DNA of 64,000 bases, from assembly GCA_051362555.1 (NCBI GenBank), contig CM120640.1, forward strand, positions 34,863,967-34,927,966. Direction: 5' to 3'. The position numbers and the translations under genes are program-made. This document shows positions 1 through 10,216 of the stretch, piece after piece (the stretch's first letter is position 1; each line of letters opens with the position of its first letter). The notes beneath the pieces are model-generated. The model had not been told where the DNA came from and made no database searches. It saw only the letters and a program-made list of their open reading frames with translations. The DNA is from Lingula anatina. Lineage: Eukaryota > Animalia > Brachiopoda.

Positions 1-497
1 GGAAAGGAAAATAGAGGCCGTAAAACCCCCCAAAAATAAATTAGAACTTTCTTATGCTAACGCACTATCTCCCTTCTCTGGGGATCTTCAGACTAATAAT
101 TATGATACTCAGAATGCACCGTGTGTCAGATCTATGTTTACTAGCTGTTTCTATAGGTATTAATTAAGGTATACATGGAATTTAATCAAGTGTGTACATG
201 ATTAGTGTAGACTAGGGCTTTAGAGTGATGCCAATTGGCAGTGTGTGGCACCTGCATTATAGAGGGTGACAAAACAATGTAATCACAACTGATATTGACA
301 TGTATACATGGGGGTTACAACGTAAAGAAATTATAAGCATAGGTAAATGGCACGATTCAAGTAGTTTGCGGTTAACAATCAGTAGAAATGTATAAGATAT
401 CAACTAAGACTTTATCATATCCAATTTCAAATGATAGCAAGTATGTACAAAATGGTAGTACATATATAATTATCTGTTCAAAGATGGTTTCAGTTTA

Positions 498-1130
498 TCA
501 AAGTGTTTTTCCATTCTTAACCTTGCCTCTGAATCCTCTGTTTTCATCTTGTATATTGGTAAGATTTTGAATGGTGGTGAAATATCTTTTGCTAACATGT
601 AGACTTAAATGGTTGATAGTGTTTATATGCTGGCAATGAACTCTACAGCGATTTCTAAGTTCGTCACCACTCATTCCTACATACATTTCTTGACAGGAGT
701 TACAAAATAGTACATAAATAAAGTTCTTTGTATTACAATTCATGTCTGCTTTAATAACATAATCTAGATTGATACTGTTGAAATGGAAGTTTGATGTTTT
801 TTAAAACATATTGTTAAAACAATATTGTCACAGCATTTACATTTCTTATCATTGCATTTAGAAGTTTTATAGATTTTACCTTGGGGTATAAATGTTGCTT
901 TAGTTATAAGCTCTTTTAAGTTAGGGGCCTGATGATTGGATGCAATTATGCAGGTGTCTTTTAAAACGTCCCTCATTTTATCAATGGAATCGAGCATAGC
1001 TATACTTGATGTGATTGACTGAAAAAACTCTGGTAGTTTGGGTTATATGTTTCTATGAAGGGGATGGAATTTTCTGGATTTTTGTCTGGAGTTGTCCTAA
1101 GTGTTTGGAGTTGTCCTAAGTATTTGTTTC
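498..1130 (-). mobile_element. Penelope-like retroelement remnant (Neptune-type Cys linker + GIY-YIG endonuclease), frameshifted
   Basis: Minus-strand ORFs give KCNDKKCKCCDNI (CxxxxCxxC linker) followed by NCNTKNFIYVLFCNSCQEMYVGMS..LRNRCRVH, the PLE GIY-YIG pattern. Confidence 0.8.
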
Positions 1131-1730
1131 ACGATTCTCCTGCAAGAAGAGAGGAATATACTCAAAAGTTACAGGGAGCAGTGTTTTTCCATTGAAATTT
1201 TACAGCCACAGGTGGCTTGAGATTGTGCCTGTTTGTGACAGGGTACTTTCAGTGTGGCAAGATATGGAGAAATATGTCAAGGCAGCTTAGAGAGGAAAGG
1301 TGACCAAACCTGAAAATACATCATTTAGTGTTGTGAAGGAAGCTGTTAATGACAAGTTCATCAAGGCCAAAATGCAGTTTTTCAAATGTGTATCAGCCCA
1401 CCTCTTGTATCGTGGTCAAGCTTATGTTGAGAGGGTTTTTTCTATTAACAAAAAAGTATAGGTGGAAAACTTAAAGGAGGAAAACATAGTTGCCCAGAGG
1501 ATAATCTATGACTATGTGAAATCTAAGGGCGGTATGCTGGAAGTGCTAACTACAAATGCTCTGCTCGTCTCTGCAGCTTCTTCAAGACAGAAATATGAAC
1601 AGTATCTAGAAAGAGAGTGAGAAAAGAAGAGAACTAATGCTGAAAAGAGGAATATGAAAGACAGATGTGAAAAAATAAAAGAACTTAAGCACAAAATACA
1701 AAGAATACAATCTGACATTGTTCTCTTATC
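1130..1730 (+). mobile_element. hAT-like transposase C-terminal remnant
   Basis: About 1405-1620 reads LYRGQAYVERVFSINK..VENLKEENIVAQRIIYDYVKSKGG, resembling the LSHGQAxVERGFSxNK dimerisation-region motif; broken by stops and frameshifts. Confidence 0.6.
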
Positions 1731-2249
1731 TGTGACGATGTAGTGTCTTCTTATGCCACTGAACGCTGAATGCTTTTATGTTTGACTTATCCCAGTAAGT
1801 ACTGTTCTTTGTATGTGCATATAGCACTCAGCCATGAAGGCGTAACACTATGACATGGTTGGCTGTCAAAAGGTATAGATTTTGTGTTTAAACTAAGTAC
1901 TTTAAAAACATAAAAATGTTCAGGAAAAATTTAATTTCTAAATGCCATGCTTGCTGTCCGATTTCAAGCAGGCATACTTTATTTGTTAGTAGTTTGCTAA
2001 GAGATATAGACAATACTTCCAACCCCAAGATCATAAGATGTAATCGAGGCATGTCATATATAGCTTGAGATAGGAAAATTAATAATTAGCACTGGCTGTT
2101 TTTGGATCAGGGGGTAATTAAGGGATTGTCCATAACATCTTTGATAAGTTTACCTGTCTTAAATCAACTGACCAATGGAATCGTGTTTAATCATAGTAAC
2201 AACGTGTGGCCATGCATACAACTCCTGGTGTATAAAAAGTCCCAATTTT

Positions 2250-3132
2250 CAGTGTAGTTTCAACACTTCCAAAATGAACCAGAACAAGATCGATATGTTT
2301 GTCAAGAAGACAGTGAACATCAAAGAGACAATTCCAGCCTCCTGACTGTTCTCTCTGCATCCCCACAGAAGAGGCGGGTTAGGGGACCGCCACAGAGAAA
2401 GCTACCACCTGAAGAGAGCGTGGAGCTCCCACGTGAAGATAGCATGGAAGTCCTGAAGTGCAGATCAGACACTGCTTGACACAAACAAGGCAAATACAGG
2501 TCCTACACCCTAGCCGAGAAACAAGAGGTGTTAGACCTGTCTGAAATCCACAGAATCAGAAAGACATCCATATCTCTGGGGATCATGCAATCCACAATCA
2601 GCACGTGGAAAAAGAGCTCAATAAGGACTGTGTAGTTTCAACACTTCCAAAATGAACCAGAACAAGATCGATTATGTTTTTCAAGAACACAGTGAACAGC
2701 AAAGAGATGATTCCAGCGTCCTGGCTGAACTTTTCTTTGCCTGCACGCCCACAGAAGAGGCTTGTTGGGCAACCGCCACAGAGAAAGCTACCACCTGAAG
2801 ACAGTGTGGAGCTCCCACTTGAAAAGAGTATGGAAATCCTTAAGTACGGATCAGACCCTGCTTGACACAGTGCACATTCCTTCAAAACAAGGCAAATACA
2901 AGTCCTACACACTAGCCGAGAAACAAGAGGCTGAAATCCACGAAATCAGCCAGACATCCAAATCTCTGGGAATCGCGCAATCCATTATCAGCACATGGAA
3001 AAAGTTAATATGGATGAGGTAATTAGTTGTTGGATTATATTTGTTTAAATCTTTAATTGAATTAACCTATGTCGCAGGTAATTTTGATAAAAAACTTAAG
3101 TGGTTTGATAAACTTCGCAACCTAATAATGAT
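2250..3132 (+). mobile_element. pogo-family (POGK/Passer-like) transposase N-terminus, tandemly duplicated (~375 bp) and internally deleted
   Basis: About 2250-2620 and 2628-3010 are direct repeats encoding an HTH-like GKYRSYTLAEKQEVL..IRKTS.SLGI.QSTISTWKK. This runs into ATGGATGAG|gtaatt and an intron that matches the pogo intron at 19988. Confidence 0.65.
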
Positions 3133-3169
3133 ATCCCCGTAAATATGGCTTCTTTAGAGCTCTTAAATA

Positions 3170-6100
3170 CAGAAGCAGTTCACCAGCATAGCATTCCGTG
3201 GATTGCAACATACTGATCAAAATGCCACTAAGCGCATATATGCTCGCCAGCGTTATCTTGGTTTTACGAGAAAATGGAGTCAGCATACAGGACATCCAAC
3301 GTCAGTTGGCTGACAAAAATGTGTCTTGCCACCGAAGCACAATATACAGATTCCTGGAAAGATTTGAAGAGGGACAGGTTCTTGCTAACCACCCAAGTTC
3401 AGGAAGAAGAGTTCAGTTCAGAGATGAACATAGGGACATAGTTAATCATGAGATGAGCAATAACCATGAAATGAACTCGATGCAATTAAGGGATGTATTG
3501 CAAGAGCGAACAGGTAAGAGATCTAAGTAACTTTCACTTTTTAGGTCGGCTTATGCCGTAAGTTGTACATGTACTATTTTAGCAATAATGAAATCAATTT
3601 GATGCATACAGTTCCGGTGTAACTTGACAGACAGTCATGATAGAGAGTCTGCTTCCAATATATTTGTACATTTACCGTGGATTGCAACATACTGATCAAA
3701 ATGCCACTAAGCGCATATATGCTCGCCAGCGTTATCTTGGTTTTACGAGAAAATGGAGTCAGCATACAGGATATCCAACGTCAGTTGGCTGACGAAAATG
3801 TGTCTTGCCACCGAAGCACAATATACAGATTCCTTGAAAGATTCGAAGAGGGACACGTTCTTGCTGACCACCCGAGTTCAGGAAGAAGAGTTCAGTTCAG
3901 AGATGAACATAGGGACATAGTTAATCATGAGATGAGCAATAACCATGAAATGAACTCGATGCAATTAAGGGATGTATTGCAAGAGCGAACAGGTAAGAGA
4001 TCTAAGTAACTTTCACTTTTTATGTCGGCTTATGCCGTAAGTTGTACATGTACTATTTTAGCAATAATGAAATCAATTTGATGCATACAGTTCCGGTGTA
4101 ACTTGACAGACAGTCATGATAGAGAGTCTGCTTCCAATATATTTGTACATTTACCGTGGATTGAAACATACTGATCAAAATGCCACTAAGCGCATATATG
4201 CTCGCCAGCGTTATCTTGGTTTTACAAGAAAATGGAGTCAGCATACAGGATATCCAACGTCAGTTGGCTGACGAAAATGTGTCTTGCCACCGAAGCACAA
4301 TATACAGATTCCTGGAAAGATTCGAAGAGGGACACGTTCTTGCTGACCACCCGAGTTCAGGAAGAAGAGTTCAGTTCAGAGATGAACATAGGGACATAGT
4401 TAATCATGAGATGAGCAATAACCATGAAATGAACTCGATGCAATTAAGGGATGTATTGCAAGAGCGAACAGGTAAGAGATCTAAGTAACTTTCACTTTTT
4501 AGGTCGGCATATGCCGTAAGTTGTACATGTACTATTTTAGTATTAATGAAATCAATTTGATGCATACGGTTCCGGTGTAACTTGACAGACAGTCTTGATA
4601 GAGAGTCTGCTTCCCATATATTTGTACATTTACCAGTAAGCCTTGCCTGAGATTTTGTCCCACTTAGATCACGCTAACCTGCCCCTTGTAACTAAATATA
4701 AGCAGACTTTCTGTTACACAGACTCTGTTTTGTTACAACTGGAAAGAAATAACGGCGGAGCGATCTACTTAATATTCATGCAGACATCGATTGATATCGT
4801 GGTTTACCCTTACCAGTAGGTAAACCACAACTATTTAAATAAAGAAATTGTTAATTGTGTTTCTTTCGCAAAGGGAAAGTAGTTTTATGAGGAGGTTCAG
4901 AAAGAAACTTGGATGGATAAAGACTAAGAAGGGTAGATTTCTGTCAACAGGCCATGGTAGTTGTGGACATGTTCAATGACGTGATCTTTACTGGTTTGTA
5001 GGACTTTATAACTTTTTAACACAAATTGTATAATTACATTCACATGTTAACTTGTAACATTTAATTTCAATACACAATCATTTAAGTTGCTAATGGTCAC
5101 TCGGCAGGGTTGGTGCACTAGTACACCCAGTACCAGTATAGGTTTATAATATGCTACACATGGAATTATTAAAAATTATTTACTCTTTTTTTTTTTTTCA
5201 GATGAGTGCACTGTTCAGATGGACTCTAATGGAAGGTACATTTTTCAAAGAGTGGTGCGAGATGCAGATGGCAATGACATCAGTGAGCCTCCTCCCTTAC
5301 GACCGAGACCTAAACATCCATATAAAATTCATGTTTGGGCAGGTAATTTGCAAACCTGAGCACTGTTGTGAAAAGAGCGGTGGCCTTGAAAAGCTGAATG
5401 CCAGTAGAAAAAAATATCACAAGAATAAAGCCTGTAAGAATTAATTTGGTCATGAAACTTTGTTTGTGCACGTTCTGTTGTATGTAGAGCTATATTTTTA
5501 GCATTTTTTTGGACAGTGATACTGTTAACGAGTTGAAATATATATGTTGTGGTATTTTGCAGGTACCGTATATCCAAGAGAGGAGCCACTAAAATCCCCC
5601 TATCCACTGGAACGATGGACAGTGATTAAAGGTATCAGGACATTTTAGAAGCTGCCCTTTTGCCATTCATCAGAGAGAGGTTCCCACTAGGACATCGATT
5701 TATGCACTATTTGACGACAGCGGAATGCCGCTCACCTGAGCTATCTCACATCTGATCTCTCCATAACCAATGATTTTTTGTATCGTTCATATTCCGACAA
5801 TATTTAAGCCATGGCTTGCATTCTTTTAGGTCCCCACAAGGACATCGATTCATGCAGGACAACGCACCAATGCATACCAGTTGAGCTACTATGCAATTTC
5901 TGAGGGAAAACGGCGTCAACTGATTCCGGACTCCACTGGAGAATCTGAACCTCAAACCGATTGAACTCATGTGGGCAGAAATGAAATACCACATTTGGCA
6001 CCGAGCGAAGGCCAAGACAAAAGATCAGCTGGTGGACGGAATTCAGGAATTTTGGTGCACTGTAGACCAAGGTAAGTGCATCAAATACATTGATCATATT

Positions 6101-6280
6101 CAGAAGGTAATGCCCGAAGTGATACGTTGTGAGGGTAGAGCTTCAGGCTATTAATGTTAGTAGATAAATTATAAGGTTTGAAAATAAGGCTTTTTATGAT
6201 TTCCGAATTTATAATTTTACATTGTAAATATTTTGTAAATATGTTTTAAATAATTTTGTATATTTTGTAAATATGTTTCT
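3170..6280 (+). mobile_element. Intron-containing Tc1-like (DD34E) transposon, copy 1 (defective; exon 1 triplicated)
   Basis: 5' end is TA|CAGAAGCAGTTCACC. Exons encode an HTH region, FNDVIFT|DECTVQM..KHPYKIHVWAG|ISKRGAT..LLPFIRERFP..HRFMQDN..IELMWAEMK..EGRASGY, with in-frame stops. Confidence 0.85.
3195..4634 (+). repeat. Tandem triplication of a 479-bp unit (Tc1 exon 1 + 5' part of intron 1)
   Basis: ORF ends at 3530, 4009 and 4488 are spaced 479 bp apart; the units are near-identical with scattered substitutions. Confidence 0.95.
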
Positions 6281-6507
6281 GTCTCCAAGGGTCGCCCTTT
6301 CAATAATCTACATATGCACTCCTCCCCCTGTGCGCTTAGGCCCTATATGAGTCCACGTCGCTATTGTTTGCTACCCGCACAGGCTTTTCTTGTTTATCAA
6401 AACAACCCATTGTCTCTCATGGGGCGTGAGTACAGAATATATACGTACATATAGAACACGTACATATAGAAAAGGTATTGTCGCATGACTTATGAGCACA
6501 ACCAGTA

Positions 6508-6826
6508 GGCAACCTAATCATGAATACATCTACATAAATGTGTCTCACTTAGGAAGAGACATATACATTTATCACATACAGGTCTTATTTGAGTTGTTTA
6601 CTGCATTTAAATTTACAATCTTTGTAACATTTTTATTAGGTACCGATGACATTTGATGTAGTACCCTCTAAGCTACCACCTGGAGAGAGTGTGGAGCTCC
6701 CAATTGAGAGTATGGAAGTCCTGAAGTGCAGATCGGACACCCTGCTTGACAACAGTGCACTTCCCTCACAAATGAGGCAAATACAAGTCCTACACCCTAG
6801 CCGAGAAACAAGAGGTGTTAGACCTG
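6508..6826 (+). mobile_element. Rearranged pogo-family fragment (intron 3' half + exon VPMTFDVV fused to the N-terminal segment)
   Basis: 6508-6672 matches 20086-20226; 6670-6826 matches about 2400-2540. Confidence 0.7.
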
Positions 6827-7210
6827 GGCCGGCTTTTATGAAACGTCTCGCAGTTTGCGCATTCGCTATGGTTTGCGCAATTGCGCTAATATTTTTGGCG
6901 TATCTTTCTTTTTTTTCGCTGTTAGCGCACGACGTCATGCCCGGAAGTAAATATTGTAATCTTGAAACACTGCTCTTCGGGCCGCGGAGGCAAGAAATAT
7001 AACAACAAATGCTCGTGCTCTGTGAACGTCTGCTCAGCTGACACAATGGTGGAGCCGGTAGGTTTTTTCCAAGAAAGCGCAGTCATTTTTCAGACAAGGA
7101 GATAGACATCATCGTGGAGGTGTCCTCCAATCCTTCTCTTTTTTATCAGCTATCGAACTCAGTTACTCAAAAATTGAAAGAGGAAATTTGAAAGAGGATT
7201 ATTCAAAAGT
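6827..7210 (+). mobile_element. PIF/Harbinger element 5' end with Myb/SANT (NAIF1/MSANTD-like) exon 1
   Basis: Terminus GGCCGGCTTTTATGAAAC follows CTG and interrupts the pogo sequence gttagacctg|tctg. About 7045-7208 encodes KKRSHFSDKEIDIIVEV..LSNSVTQKLKEEI*KRIIQK|gtaagt. Confidence 0.65.
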
Positions 7211-8789
7211 AAGTCGACACTTTCATTTTCATACTTAAACAAAACCAAGTTTGATTTATACTAAACAGCATGTTGTATTATACTTTACATCACTGTTTCT
7301 CCTTGTTATGTGCAAAATAGATAAAAGCCATATTGTTTCGTATATCTGAATATGATTTTGGCACAGGTGAGGTAGCATTTTTCCTAATAATTATAAATAG
7401 TAATTTATTTTAATAATATATGGCACATTCCTTTTAATTTTGGTGCTTAAAAAACTGATTGATTAATAATAATGCACTGTTCTAAAGATATATAAGTCTT
7501 ATGAAGTCCCTATAGTTCCTTAACTACCTTGAGCTTCAGATCTGATACCTTTTATTTTTTATTTCAGAAGAACGCTTGGAAGAGATTAAAAAGGTCGATT
7601 CATGTAAGAATAGGAGCATAAGATATAATAGGAAGAAATCTAATGATGAATTATTTGCTGGAGTCTAATGAATTTATTACTTTAACTATTTGATGAAAAA
7701 AAAATTTTTTGCAATGTTTTGCACTGTCTGTAACAATGCTTTGAAAGTAAGAAGTTGGCTCAATACAGTGTGTCAGGCATAAAACAAAATTCACAAATCC
7801 CATGCGACACCACAAATTTGCAAATTTTACAGATACTCAGTCTATTTTTTAAACTCACAATTTCTTAAAATTTAAATACATTTATTGAGTAGTAACAACA
7901 CATAAAAGCAAGCTACTATATAGTTCTATTCTATGCAGTAAAAGCACTATTAATGCTTTATAGAAATATTTTTTGTAATTATAAAATCTGTGTCTGAAGT
8001 TTGAAACAATTTGCCCATTGAGTCATAGCTGTATATTGTAAGTATTTTCATTTATCATGTTTTTATACCAGGTTTCCATTGGAAACTTGAATATATTTCA
8101 AATCTGTTGACCACATACACTATAAAAGCTTATTATTTGTCTTATATTTGTAGTCCAATTTTATCCAATGTTTTTAATTACATATTTTTTTTTCATTCCA
8201 GCTCCAAAACCTTCAAAACAAAGATCACGGTTCAGGAGATTTCTGGATACTATTCTGTCTTGCTTTAGATGAGTTTGGGACATTTTTTATTTTAAAAGAC
8301 TTGTTTTTATTTTCGGAATGGAATGCTGCAGATTAATCTACTGCTTTTATCATTTCCCTCAACTCCAAGTGCCTCAACAAACAGCTGATGTAGCTTTATT
8401 ATTCAAAGTTAAAGTTCCTTTTACTTGAATTAATGAGTAAATTTCAAAGTAATTTTTTTTATATAATGGCATAATTTCAGATGACTCGTTTCTCCCTTGT
8501 TGTTTCTATTGATATTTTCGTGTTTGATTTTCAGAAAGGCCGCTGAAAATATTGAAACTCTTTTACAAAATAAATAAATAAATAAATAAAAAACAATGTG
8601 TCAGACATAAAATTGAATACACACAACCCAAGAGTAAGGTAGAAAACTGTTGATATACAATTGTCAGCCCATCCTGTGGGACCATTGGGTTAAGGCGTTT
8701 GAGTGGGATTCTTAGATGAACTCTATGTGGATCCATTACCACTAGACACAGGAGCACATCTACCCAAATCAGGCAGCAAAGATGTGCAA

Positions 8790-9430
8790 CAAATTGAAGT
8801 ATTGGATAATGACATGTTGCACTTGATGCAGGAACTAGTAAATGCATATGGTACTACTTTTTTTAAAAGTTACTAAATAGTTAAATTCATATATCATTTT
8901 CTTAAGTAAATTTATTTATTAGTATCAGCATTTCATTGCATTCAGTACATTGTTAAAGGGTCTATATCTATACAAAACCAATAAAATTTCTAGACATGTA
9001 ACTAGAAAATGTTTTAGTGACTGGACCCTTGGATCTTTGAATTAACATTTTGTAGGCTGTGAGAACTGATCTCAGGGGTATCACTGCGCTGCTTGAGCAA
9101 TTAAGTAAATTCATTGCAATCATTCAAGACCTGGGGACAATTAAAGACAGAGAGGATAGCTGCCTAACAACATTAAAGTCTGTATGGGAGTGGTTTGAGG
9201 AATGGTCAACAACAACAACGAGTGACCAGAGGCAACTCCTGTCCTACCAAACCAGAGGTGATCTGTCATCTTGTATTTTAAGATTTTTTTTAAAATTTAT
9301 ATATTGATGAAAACTCATTGAGATTCCCATCTGCTAGTACCTGTCCAGTTGAATTCTGATTTGGTTGAAAATTTCATTTCCTCCAAAATGGCAATGTGCA
9401 ATGGAGCCAATGCTAACCCTCCTGCATATA
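8790..9430 (+). mobile_element. P-element/THAP9-like transposase C-terminal remnant with intron
   Basis: IEVLDNDMLHLMQ, then acceptor tttgtag|(9057) AVRTDLRGITALLEQLSKF..VWEWFEEW..LLSYQTRGDLSSCI..VPVQLNSDLVENF..CNGANANP; D-x-x-E-N-F resembles the P-superfamily catalytic E motif. Confidence 0.55.
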
Positions 9431-9449
9431 TTAATAACCCCTGTTAGGA

Positions 9450-9720
9450 GAATCTTGTAACAGAAATGAACAGAAAGAAAAAGTGGAACTGATGAACAGA
9501 ACAGAAAGAAAAAGTTGAAGTGATGAACAGGAAACAGAACATGTTCAAGGACAACATCTTTAGGTCTCTAGAAAGCCTTCAATCAATCAACCCTAGCCCA
9601 TTTTGGGAATTATACAATCAACCACAAAACAAAGAAAAGTCAGCAGAAACGCCTAATTTCCCAGCTTTATGGTGGGTTTACTTCCTCACCCGGATGAAGC
9701 ATTTGAAACCTTCATTAATC
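9450..9720 (+). mobile_element. LINE (L2/CR1 group) ORF2 linker remnant
   Basis: RKQNMFKDNIFRSLESLQSINPSPFWELYNQ resembles the NPxxFW motif found between endonuclease and RT. Confidence 0.5.
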
Positions 9721-9739
9721 AAAGAGCACATAACCCTGA

Positions 9740-10170
9740 ATCAAAGAGACTCATGAATGGTTGAAAAATTTAAGTGAAAGCCTAAATAGATATCATGAAA
9801 TGGCTCGAGAAAAATTGAAAAGTGTGCAGAAACAGTTGTACGATGCAAAATTGAGAGAGAGTGAATATACTTGTGGTCAGAAGGTACATTTGAGGGATGA
9901 AAGTCATAAGAAGGGAGAAAGTAAGAAACTTAGACCCTTATATAGAGGACCATATGATATTATCAAAGTATCCCCACCTCTCTATAAAATTAAAGATAAA
10001 AAAAGGAAAAACTCATGTGGTACATTATGATAGATTGCGAAAATTTGTTGAAAGAGAGAGTGCTTTTCATTTGAATGGACCACAGTTAGTGGAACCAATT
10101 GTAAAAAGATCTAGATTTGGTAGACAATTAAAATGCCATCTCATTTAAGAGATTTTGCCTTAGAATGATT
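9740..10170 (+). mobile_element. Gypsy LTR retrotransposon integrase C-terminal (GPY/F) remnant
   Basis: HEMAREKLKSVQKQLYD..GQKVHLR..KKGESKKLRPLYRGPYDII..YKIK (frameshift) GKTHVVHYDRLRKF. Confidence 0.8.
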
Positions 10171-10216
10171 ATGTTGATGTTTATGTTGTTTATTAATTAA
10201 GATATAGTTGTATATA

